DNA from: Callorhinchus milii
Taxonomy: Eukaryota
Assembly: GCF_018977255.1 (NCBI RefSeq)
Contig: NW_024704743.1
Coordinates: 75,022,001-75,086,000 of the forward strand
DNA length: 64,000 nucleotides
Direction: 5' to 3'
The notes under the pieces were generated by a model that made no database searches, had not been told where the DNA came from, and saw only the letters and a list, made by a program, of their open reading frames with translations. The position numbers and the translations under genes were made by a program. Positions 52,377 through 64,000 of this stretch are shown one piece after another. The number at the start of each line of letters is the position of its first letter. The stretch's first letter is position 1.

Positions 52377-52640
52377 TAATAATAATCCTTGCATTTGAAA
52401 TAGCATCTTATCATGTCAAAACAATGTCTCAAAGCGCTTCACAGAATATACTGTAAAATGGTCTGACTGCGTGTATTTTATGGGTGAACGCGGCAGCCCA
52501 CTTCCACACAGCAGTGTCCCACCAACAGCCATGGAGTGAATGACCAAAATTATTTGGGAGATTGTTGGCCAGGACTCTAGGAGAAATTCCCTTCTCTTTT
52601 CAAATAGTGCCATTGGATCTTTTACAGGCAGATGTAAAAG
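52377..52640 (-). mobile_element. SINE 3' part with Deu segment
   Basis: Shared tail plus TTGGCCAGGAC...TCAAATAGTGCCAT segment. Confidence 0.75.
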
Positions 52641-52718
52641 AACAAGCAGATATATAGAGAGCACGTCCAGAAAGGACGAACTCCCCATTTATCTACACCT
52701 CATATAAGAATGAAATTA

Positions 52719-53927
<1,209 letters not shown>

Positions 53928-54199
53928 TCAAAATCAATAACAAACAAGCAGTGGCAAGTTTACATGAGCAGATTTACAGTTTATACTACATTATTTTTAC
54001 AAAGAAACTCTTTGGTACACCCTTTTAAAAAGAAGACATGTACTAGCAGCTTAGTCCTCATCTTTAAGTCACAGTTTACTCAAAAAGTCTCCTGCACATA
54101 TTTTGTTGTTCTTATATTAAGGATACAACTCCCTGTCCATGAATTTTATATATGGCAGGAAACCCTAACTGAATTCAAATTTTCCAATTTTAAATAGCT

Positions 54200-54825
54200 C
54201 TGTCATGTCCATTTTGTTCATATCTTTACAGAACAGAAAAGCCCCAGGTTAACTAACCTATCCTCTTAGCTCTGTCAACTCTGAAGTCCAGGAAGCAGTC
54301 TGGGAGCCCTCTGCTTTGCTTCCTCCAACAACTCAATACCTTTTTGAATTAGGCAGATCAAAACTGTACGCAATTTATGCTCTGTACCCTAACATCGCAA
54401 CTGATCACTGATTTCTATCAATGAGCTTATTTCTACCTAGTTTAATACATCGGCACCTCTCCCATGAGCTTGCAGTAGCCCATTATGCGATACAGTGTCA
54501 AATCCTTTTTGAAATCCAAGTAAATAACATCAGTTTCACCCGTATCCACCCGATCTGAGACTTCCTCAAGGAAATTCAATAAATCTGCTAAACGGTCTCA
54601 TAAAGCCACACTGGCTGTCTCAGATTAACCTGTAATCCTCAAGATGATCCCTTGAACTGCTCCTCATCATCGTTTCAAACACTTATCCTACACTTGACAT
54701 GAAATAGTTTCATGGCTCATCCCGAGCCCCCATTTTAAAGATGGGAATCACATTTGCCATTTTGCAAACCTCTGATTCACCCGAGACTAGTGAACTCTGA
54801 AAAATGTCCGTGAGTAGACTCACAA
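54200..54825 (-). mobile_element. Ancient CR1 ORF2 fragments
   Basis: Minus strand near 54500-54530 reads D.IYLDFKKDFD (RT motif); degenerate NV.PIFK segment. Confidence 0.65.
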
Positions 54826-55098
54826 CGAGAGACCTGAGTTCAATTCCAGGCAGGGCAAAACCTTGGACAAGTTTCCTTACTCCACACACCTAATAATAAT
54901 CCCTCCAAAACAATAATAAATTGGTCATTTTCAATCTACAACTGTTTGTGGGACACTGCTGTGCGCAATTGGCTGCCGCGTTCGCCCACAAATATACAGT
55001 CAATTCACTTTACAGTATATTCTGTGAAGCTCTTTGAGACATCTAGAAGACGTGAAAAGCGCTATATCAAATGCAAGGATTATTATTATTGTTGTTAT
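54826..55098 (+). mobile_element. tRNA-derived SINE, head partly truncated, apparently inserted in the CR1 remnant
   Basis: High similarity to 8330-8604. Confidence 0.88.
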
Positions 55099-55149
55099 TA
55101 ATCACCCAAACCAATTCCTTTAACTCAGGGATAAAAGTTGGATAAAAGT

Positions 55150-55625
55150 TGCTGGAGATTATTGAATACAGTTCTGAATATTACTGAACACAGTGCTGGC
55201 AGTTAATTTGTATACAGCTGGAGATTAGATAGAGTACACAGATGAAGCTTATTAAATGCAGGCTGGATATTATTGAATACAGAGCTGGATATGATGGTGT
55301 ATATTCCTGGAGACTATTGAATAGAAGGCTGATTTTAGTGAGTACGTTGCTAGAGATTATTATATACATAGATGGATATGAGTGAGTACATTGTTAAAGG
55401 TTATTGAATATGGTGCTGAGGATTATTTTATACATAGATGCTGATGATTGTGTACAGTTCTGGAGATTATCACAGTACAATTTACAATGCAATTTTTGTT
55501 TTGGTCAGCCGGGTGGATGACATATGCATAAACCCAATTTACTATTGTGAATGGTGTGGAGATTACTGAATACATTGCTGAATATTATAGTCTATATATT
55601 CAGGTAATGCTGAGTACAGTGTAAG
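55150..55625. repeat. Degenerate minisatellite, period about 21-23 bp (GCTGGAGATTATTGAATACAGT-like)
   Basis: Recurrent CTGGAGAT / ATTATTGAATAC motifs at regular spacing. Confidence 0.7.
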
Positions 55626-56154
55626 AGATGGCTTCAGTAGTAAATAATGCCATTTTGAACAGTTTCAGATGAGTTCCATTCATCTTTTGATTTTTACGAG
55701 CCTCATTGTATTTTTTTTAGTACCAGTAGATGGTGCTCACACCATGGAATTGCTATTTTACACATTTGAATTACTGTATTGAGGCTATTATCAGACATTG
55801 TGCATCAACCTACCAACTCTATATATTGTTCCAACATTTATTCTAATGAATTATGTGCACTGTCGCTAAACTAGCCATTAAAAATTGTCAAGAAAAATGG
55901 TATTTGGTGCATATGAAAAATAAATAAAAAACAATATACTGCCTTTCATGTTGCGAGGACAACACAAAGTGCTTTACACAAATTAAAACATCCATATTAG
56001 CCACTAAAGCAAATGACACATTTTGTTTGAAGCAGATGTTAGTTTTTCTGGGTGAAAATACACACCTGGTAACAAGGAAATTCTGGAAATACTCAATATT
56101 CTGAGATCTGTTGACAGTTTTTGAAAACAGTATTTTGATACTAAATAATAAAAT

Positions 56155-56360
56155 AGTAATAATCCTTGCATTTGATGTAGCATCTTATCTCCCGATTAAA
56201 ATGTCTCAAAGTGCTTCACAGGATTTATGGCAAAGTGGGTATTTATAGGTGAACGTGACAGTCAATTTACCACAATTTCTCACTGCAATGTCCCACAAAC
56301 AGCCATGAAGTGAATGACCAATTTAACTTGGAAGCCAGGACACAGGGAGAAACTGCCTTG
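56155..56360 (-). mobile_element. SINE 3' part
   Basis: Shared tail and body. Confidence 0.75.
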
Positions 56361-56854
56361 ATACAGTAATTGATAAAAGGTTTTCTAGATGCAGATATAA
56401 TAAAGATTAGAATATTTTGTCGAATTGTTTAAAACCAGTATTTAAATAAGCCAAGTTATGCAATTTATGTAAATGGCTCATTGTTTGTCTTTCACTCATG
56501 CAAAGAAACAGCTCAGTCAGAGACACACAATTTAATGAAAATCCTCATTGCCTGTTACAGATTATGATAAATCCTCTTGCACAGTAGGCAGAAGCTTTAT
56601 GTTTATATTATCCATTTTATTTTATCTTTCCAGCTGTCATCCAGAGTTTGAAAAGTAATTTGATTGTTAAAATTATGACTTGAATCATTTCTCAATGCCA
56701 ATGACTTGCATGAATCTGTATATTCTGAGAGCAGGAGACTGAACACAGAAATCCATATATTCTGGATTTCCCAACTTTACAGAACAGAGAATATCTAAAA
56801 TATCTTCCCAACAAGAAGTAAGAACTGGCCGATTCTGGGATCTAAAATGTGGTT

Positions 56855-57710
56855 TAATAATAATAATCATCATGATAATAATCCTTGCATTTGCTACAGT
56901 GCCTTATCACAACAGCGACACAACAAATTACATTTGTATTCCGCCTTTTATGTCGGGCGGATGTCTCAAGGCGCTGGACAGTCAAGAAGTTGCACCCGAA
57001 CTGTGGGTTGGGATCAGGAGAGGTGGAGGGCCGTGAAGGGGTAGGAGGATTACCAAAACAATTTTTTTGATACTAAATAATATAATAGTAATAATCCTTG
57101 CATTTAATGTAGCACCTTATCTTATCATCAAAGAAGAAGATCCTGAGACAGGACTTGAAGGAAGCAAGACAGAAGGAGAAAAGAAGGGACTGTGAGATGG
57201 AGTACCAAAAGGTTAGGGAAGAAAAGCTGATGGTGGGAGGGCAACTCGGGGAACATGGAGTAGGCCAGAGCCCGCTGAACTGAAGGAGTGGACAGGTTGG
57301 TATGGAATTTACAGGTCAAAGAGATAGGGAGGAGCAAGGCCGTGGAGGGCTTTGAAAGCGAGGCCGAGGATTTTGAACTCTGTCCACTGGTGGATGGGGA
57401 GCCAGTCGACCAAGGCAAGGATGGAGGTGATAGGTTTAAGTGATCAAGAGGTCGCAAAACGCTTCATAAGATATACTGTAAAGTAGACCGACTGTGTATT
57501 TTGTGGGTGAAACGCAGCAGCCAGTTTGCACACTGCAATATCCCACAAACAGCCATGGAGCGAGCGACCAATTTAATTTGGGCGGTTGTTGGCCAGGACA
57601 CTCGGATAAACTCCCTTCTCTTTTCGAATACAGCGATGGGATCTATTTTTAACGTGCACCAGAAAATGCAGACAGGACCTTGGTTTCATGTCGCATCCAA
57701 AGGACGGTTT
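56855..57710 (-). mobile_element. Nested SINE / L2 composite (SINE 56855-56909 and 57445-57710; L2 56910-57440)
   Basis: SINE tail and SINE body are separated by an L2 3' fragment with its own tail. Confidence 0.75.
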
Positions 57711-58069
57711 AAATTACCCAGATGTGCTGGAGGTGGGTTATGTGCATTCTATTTTATTTTCTCTTTCCAGCCCCAGAACATCAGAATAACAGAACGCAGG
57801 AAAAACTAATGCCTGGAAGGTTAGTTGGACGATTGAGTGTTGTATTGTAGGACTGTGGGACTGTAGCATTGTAGGACTTAAATAAATCTTTACGTTAGCC
57901 AAATACTGTTGCCCTTGTACATGCAAATTTTGCTGACCAAGCAAAAACATCACAAAAGATAGATATTTTGAAAGGATTATTTCAGGGTAGTAATTAATCA
58001 CATTTAATTAATTGTAGCTGAATGGTTTAGTTACTGGAATGAAAACATTGAATCATTCAGGTGTTGACA

Positions 58070-60134
58070 TCAAATTAAAAGAAAAGGCTTATAAAACTGC
58101 CAAGAAAAGCGGCAAATCTAAACATTGGGAGAGTTTTAGAAACCAGCAAAATATAACTAAAAAACTCATTAAGCGAGAAAAAGGAGTATGAGGGTAAGCT
58201 AGCTAGGAACATTAAGTCTGATTGTAAACATTTTTACAAATATATTAAGAGGAATAGGCTAGTGAGGGTAAATGTCGGTCCACTACAGTCAGAGACAGGA
58301 GAAGTTGTAATGGGGGACAAGGACATGGCAGAGTCCCTAAATGGGTACTTTGCATCTGTCGTCACCCTAGAAGACACAACAAGTCTGCCAACAATAGAGA
58401 TGCACTAAGGGGATAAGGACAGGGAGCAACTTAGGGAAATTTTCATTAGTAGAGAATTGGTGCGAGGGAAACTGTTAGCACTAAAAATTGACAAATCTCC
58501 TGGTCCGGAGGGATTGGAAGATCGCAAATGTCACACCACTATTTAAAAAAGGTGGAAAGGAAAAGATGGGGAACTATAGGCCAGTTAGTCTCACATCAGT
58601 GATAGGAAAAATTTTAGAATCGTTGATTAAGGATGTGGTAGTGCGGTATTTAGAGGAGCACAACATAATTAGGCCAAGTCAACATGGCTTTACAAAAGGG
58701 AAGTCATGTTTGACAAATCTCATAGAGATTTTTGAGGACATTTCCAGTAAACGAGATAAGGGTGAATCAGTGGATGTGGTCTATTTGGACTTCCAGAAGG
58801 CATTCGATAAGGTGCCGCATAACAACAACAACAACAACAAGATTCCATTTATAAAGCGCCTTTCACGTCAGGAGGACGTCCCAAGGCGCTGCACAGTTGG
58901 GTCATGACCCAAGCAGGGGGGAAATGGTCAGGGTGAGGGGAGGGATGGGAGGGAGCGAGGAGGGGGGAAATGGTCAGGGTGACTCGAGGAATAAAAGGTT
59001 AGGCCAAAAGATAAGGGCCCATGGAGTTGGGGGGAGCATATTAACATGGATTGGGAATGGTTAACGGGTAGGAAACAAAGAGTAGGGATAAACGGGTCCT
59101 TTTCGGATGTGACTAGCGGAGTGCCACAAGGATCAGTCCTTGGGCCTCAGCTATTTACCATCTACATCAACGATCTAGATGAGGAGATCGAAGTTAATAT
59201 ATCTAAATTCACGGATGACACAAAACTAGGAGGAAGTGTCAACACAGAGGACGACATTAAAAAAATGCAGCGAAACATAGATAGGTTAGGTGATTGGGCA
59301 GGTAGGTGGCAGATGAAGTATAATGTACGGAAGTGCGAAGTCATCCACCTAAACAGTAGAGCGGGTTATTTTTTAGAAGGGGAGAGATTGGAATGTGTTA
59401 GAGTCCAGAGGGACTTGGGTGCCTTGTACTCCAATCACAGAAAGTTAGTCTGCAGGCGCAGCAGCAATTAGGAAGGCGAACGGTATGTTAGCATTCATTA
59501 TGAAAGGATTAGAGTATAAGAGTAGGGAAGTCTTGCTGCAACTGTATAGGGCCCTGGTGAGACCACACCTGGAATACTGTGTGCAGTTTTGGTCTCCTCA
59601 TTTAAGGAAGGATGTACTTGCCTTGGAGGGGATGCAGCGTAGATTTAGTAGGTTAGTGCCAGGGATGAAGGGGATGAGTTACGAGGATAGGTTGACCAAT
59701 TTGGGCCTATATTCTCTAGAATATAGAAGAATTAGAGGGGATCTTATAGAAACCTATAAGATCATCAAAGGGCATGATAGAGTAGATAGTGGGAGATTGT
59801 TTCCCCTGGTTGGAGAAACTAAAACCAGGGGTCACAACTTTAAAATCAGAGGCCAGCCCTTTCGCACTGAGTTGAGGAAGAACTTCTTCACTCAAAGGGT
59901 GGGGAATGTATGGAACTCACTACCCCAAAGGGCTGTTGACGCTCAGTCCTTGAACATATTCAAGACTGAGATCGATATATTTCTTATTGCAAAAGGGATT
60001 AAGGGATATGGGGACAAGGCAGGGTCAGGTTATTAGCTGGAGTTAGATTAGAAGATCAGCCATGGTTGAATGGCGGGGCAGGCTCGAAGGGCCAAATGGC
60101 CTACTCCTGCTCTTACATGTTATGTTATTATGTT
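58070..60134 (+). mobile_element. 5'-truncated CR1 LINE (RT region plus 3' UTR), disrupted
   Basis: Collinear with 43585-45597; ORFs 58488-58907, 59046-59471 (FTDDTKLGG) and 59485-60036; deletion of about 100 bp near 58510; TTATGTTA tail. Confidence 0.95.
58821..58990 (-). mobile_element. L2 3' fragment nested in CR1
   Basis: Reverse complement of 7625-7776; interrupts CR1 after KAFDKVPH; ATAA at both junctions. Confidence 0.9.
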
Positions 60135-60625
60135 AAGTCTAAGTCATTTAAACAGCATATTTTTAATATCATCTGCTTTTAGACATGTCTTTTACATTTT
60201 AAGCCTCAAAAGCAGAAGTGGTGATCTCAAGGTGGAGTCTTAAGGAATTTCACATTTGAGACAAGTTCCTACAGGAATACAGGCTGCTGACATTTGCTTT
60301 TGTTCATGCGTAACTATAAGGAACCATGTTTTATGTGCACTTACAAAGTCTGGAAAGTCCAGGGACCATTGTTATTTTCAATTGCGCCTTCAGTTCCTGC
60401 ACCTGTTACCTCTGGAACTCCCTTTCTTTACCACTCCCTCTTATCCCCTCTCATTCTGTTTTGGAGTCCCTGCCCGAAACCTACATCATCGAACTATGGC
60501 CATCTCTGCGGCCTATCTCTATGGCTATTTCCCCCTCCCCTCCCCCTTGCTGAGCAAGCTTTAAAAAGCTCTGAGACATTACCCTGTATGAAGGCACTAT
60601 ATAAATGCAAGTTGTTGGAGTTGTA

Positions 60626-60870
60626 GCCTCTGTTTACCCTGCAGTACGTGGGAACCCGGTTGTTAGTCAATTGGCGGATTGCTTTTCCAGGAGTAATAAT
60701 CCCTACAAAAAAAATAACAATTTGGCCACTCAATCCACGATTGTTTGTGGGACACTGCTGTGTGTAACTGGCTGCCACATTTTGCTTACAAAGTATACAG
60801 TCAATTCACTTTATAGTATATTCTGTGAAGCGTTTTATCAAATGCAAGGAATATTATTATTATTATTCTT
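60626..60870 (+). mobile_element. SINE, CORE-like segment plus tail, headless
   Basis: Matches 7186-7442; preceded by an L2-type tail at about 60400-60625. Confidence 0.75.
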
Positions 60871-60899
60871 ATCTAGCTATTAATAGCACTTTCAATCCT

Positions 60900-61540
60900 A
60901 CATACCTATGCTGGTTTATTTCTGGGGTCTAAAATGATGTGTAGATTAGGCATTTCTAAAGTAAGAATGGAGGAAGGACAGCCGGGTGTCGAACCGGACG
61001 TCGAGATTGCGCACCGGTTCAGTGAGTCTGGGGGAGAGTCCAGGAAGGTTGAGGAGTTTAGATCCGCAGGATTGAAGACGTTGATGGGAGCCAAAGAGTA
61101 TGGCTTCTGTCTTGCCCACATTCAGCTGCAGGAAGTTTACACTCATCCAGGCCTTGATGTCTGCCAGACAAGCTGATAGAACATCGGCAGACCTGGAGTC
61201 GATGCTGAAGGAGGCAAAGTGGATTTGTGTGTCATCTGCATACATGTGGAAGTTTACTTTGTGTCTGCAGATGACTTCACCCAGAGGTAGCATATAGATG
61301 AGGAAAAGAAGAGGGCCAAGGCTGGAGCCCTGGGGTACCCCGCAGGTGACCAGGCAAGGGCGGGAGGAGAAACTATTTGCCGAGATGAAATGGAGTCGCT
61401 TAGTTAAGTAGGACTTGAACCATGCGAGTGCGGTCCCACTAAGATGAATGCAGGAGGAGGCGGGGGTGGAGGATGGTATGGTCGACTGTGTTGAATGAGG
61501 CAGAGAGATCTAGAGGACAAGGAGGTAAAGGGAACCTTGG
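60900..61540 (-). mobile_element. L2 LINE RT fragment
   Basis: ORF 60946-61293 has YADDTQIH and NFLQLNVGKTE; GVPQGSSLGP encoded at about 61313-61342. Confidence 0.9.
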
Positions 61541-61599
61541 TCACAACCATACTGACCTGGCCAATCCCTTCACTCACTGAACACAGGCCTGCTTCATAT

Positions 61600-61812
61600 C
61601 CCTTTTCACTCCCTTCTCTTTTCAAATAGTTCCATGGGAATTTTAACGTTCACACGAAAAGGCAGACGGGACCTTGGTTTAACTCCAAAAAATGCCCCCC
61701 CTTATCACTGTATTGGAGTGTCAGCCTAGATTGTGAGTTCAAAGTTTCGATGCGGGGCTTGAGCACACAACCTTCTAACTCAGGGGCAAGAGGACGACCA
61801 ACGGAGCCAGAC
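61600..61812 (-). mobile_element. Deu-domain SINE 5' part
   Basis: Similar to 47955-48140. Confidence 0.65.
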
Positions 61813-61827
61813 TGACTATTGAAGTTC

Positions 61828-62075
61828 ATATAGATTTACATAAGCTGTACAGAACAGAACCAGACCTTCAGTCCAACCAGTCCATACTAGTGTTTATACT
61901 CCACATAAGTCTCTCCCCACAACTTATTCCCTCCCGTACCCTTCTATTCCTGTTTCCCTCAATTGTATATCCATCGTTCTCTTAAATGCACATGTACTAT
62001 CTGATTCAACCATCTCTTCACGCAGCGGGTTCCACGGTCTCACTACCCTCTGTGTAGTTCCTCCTAAATTCTCTT
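61828..62075 (-). mobile_element. Ancient CR1 3' fragment
   Basis: CATAGA-type tail, similar to 21525-21680 and 19925-20070. Confidence 0.6.
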
Positions 62076-64000
62076 TTAGCACCCTAGGGGCTATTTTCTA
62101 CTTTTGTAACTGTACTGTTGCAGAGACTGAGGTGCTGACTGCTCAGGCCTCGCTCTGCTGCTTTTGATGTGTCAGTCGTTGCTCTTGGGCTTGTGTCACA
62201 GAGATGCTGAACTTTGAATTCCGTACAGAATGAATCAGAACCATATAGAGCAACACACTTTTGATAATTGGACCAAAACCTAGCAATCCCCAGAGGAAAG
62301 GCTGGCTCAATACCAGAAAAGTCCTGGGCTATCTGGATACTGACTCTAAGCCCAGGAGGAGCCATCAATAGGAGATAGAGCATCAAACTAATTAATTAGA
62401 TAAACATAAGGTAGTGAGACATGAGAAATTGTCAGCCTAGAAAGTGTTTACTGGCACGTTCCCAGGGGAGGCTTGCTATTTTTATATAAATGATCTGAAG
62501 GGAAATCACAAACAAAATGGCCAAGTCTGCAGATGATACCAAAATAAGTGCAAAGCACAGCATTGAGAACAATGCACCCACAGTCAGAGCGATTCTATTT
62601 AGGCAACTGAAGAAATAGGCGGAAAGTATTGTTCAAAGTGGAAACCACAGTTCACAGAATGTTACAGCGCAGAAATGAGCCGAAATTTGGCCCATCAAAT
62701 CTGTGCTGAAGTGCCCCTCCACATAAGCTATGTGGTGTAGTCCCACTGTTTGGACTCAGATTCTGTGTTCAGAGGTGACTTCATTGAGATTGATCTCTAT
62801 TAGGATTTTCCCTTTTTAAATGCAGACATAAGTCACTACACAGAATGTCTATCAGTGTTTCCGTCCTCTGCTTCTATGTTCCCCAGATCCTTTAATTTTT
62901 ATCTGCCTTGAAAGCATTAAGTGCTTCTTGTTTATGTTTCTCATTCGATCTAACCTTCAATTCCTCTAAATTGATCCATGGATCCCTTGCCTATAGGAAT
63001 ACATTCTCTTTTTTCCTTACTATTTCCATGTACTATTTAAATATTTCCCAGATTTGCTGATTCACATTTCTATGAGGCAAGTTTTTCCTTTTGGTTAATA
63101 TGGACAAGGTCGCTTTTGATATTGATAGAATTTGCTTGTTTTTGGTCAAGTCCCCTCTCCTTGACTTCTCTTTCACTTTCCATTCTTACACTAAACCTAT
63201 CTGATGTAAATTATACACCAGTTTAAATATTCAGAGCAGGGGCGCATTGATTCAGATTTTATGGAGCAAGCACAGAGATTTCACTTAGTCTTACCTTATT
63301 TAAAATGGCCCAGGATTATAGATTGTTTTGTGAATTCAGTCTTAATTTGGAAGCCTGTTACTTTATAAGAACTGCAGAAATCCTACTTCTAAATCAAGTC
63401 TGGATTTAAGATTTTTCCACAATCATGCACTTAAATTTACCCTCAAATACTAAACCTAGATGGAATTTGAAGCCTCTATCTCTTTACATTTTAAGGTGTG
63501 CCATTGGCTCAGGATACCCTTCATAAATAAACCTTGGTTTTCAGAAGTAATGCTAGTTAATAGCATTAAAATTACAGTTCAACGTGGAAGGTACAATGTG
63601 AGTTAGTGAGGAACACTTAGTATGGAAGCAAGGAACCAAAGAAGGTCAGTTGTGCAGTACATGCTGTTCAGAAAAGAGATCTTATTGTGAACAAATCTTG
63701 AAATGTCGCCCCAGTTCTTTGTGACAGTTATAAAAAAATCAAATAATCTACTGGCTCATATTAGCAGAAGCTCGAGTCTAAATCAACAGAAGCCATCTTT
63801 GCAAACAGGATGTCAGTAAAAAAATAAAAATAAAATAACAATTTGGTCACTCAATCTATGACTCGCTAACGACCAGAGATCGACTTTGACTCAGTTTGAA
63901 TCCTGCGAGCAAAACGATAGCTGATTCAGTATCTTCTGATTGTGGGATTCAAACAATTACAATGTTGGTACTGGCGTTATCATTATCACTTAGCTTTCAT

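Overview
Vertebrate genomic DNA, most likely a cartilaginous fish. That assignment is an inference from the tRNA-headed and Deu-type SINEs, the L2 and CR1 LINEs, and the protein divergence. Three genes lie on the minus strand in the same order as human 3q22. TMEM108 contributes its last three coding exons (41096-53908); its start exon is not seen and presumably lies right of the window. BFSP2 (phakinin/CP49) is complete, with 8 reconstructed exons (19769-37502, 429 aa). CDV3 contributes exon 1 in a CpG island (5741-6186, with an apparent 1-nt frameshift); no later exon was found in 1-5740. Intronic and intergenic space holds a near-full-length but disrupted CR1 LINE (about 41420-45597), a second truncated CR1, many L2 3' fragments, two related SINE families, MITE-like elements and tandem repeats. 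The main points of interest are: (i) BFSP2 looks like an ancestral type I keratin, with an intact LNSR rod-start motif, canonical exon sizes and two tail exons, unlike tailless mammalian CP49; (ii) a 21-bp minisatellite carrying a SOX-type motif in almost every unit sits just upstream of this lens gene; (iii) BFSP2 intron 1 appears to use a GC donor; (iv) the SINEs and L2 share a 3' stem-loop with a compensatory base pair, and several nested and templated insertions can be read directly. I found no CRISPR array, rRNA, true tRNA gene or prokaryotic system. Comparisons with human and keratin sequences are from memory, not from a search, and repeat boundaries are approximate.
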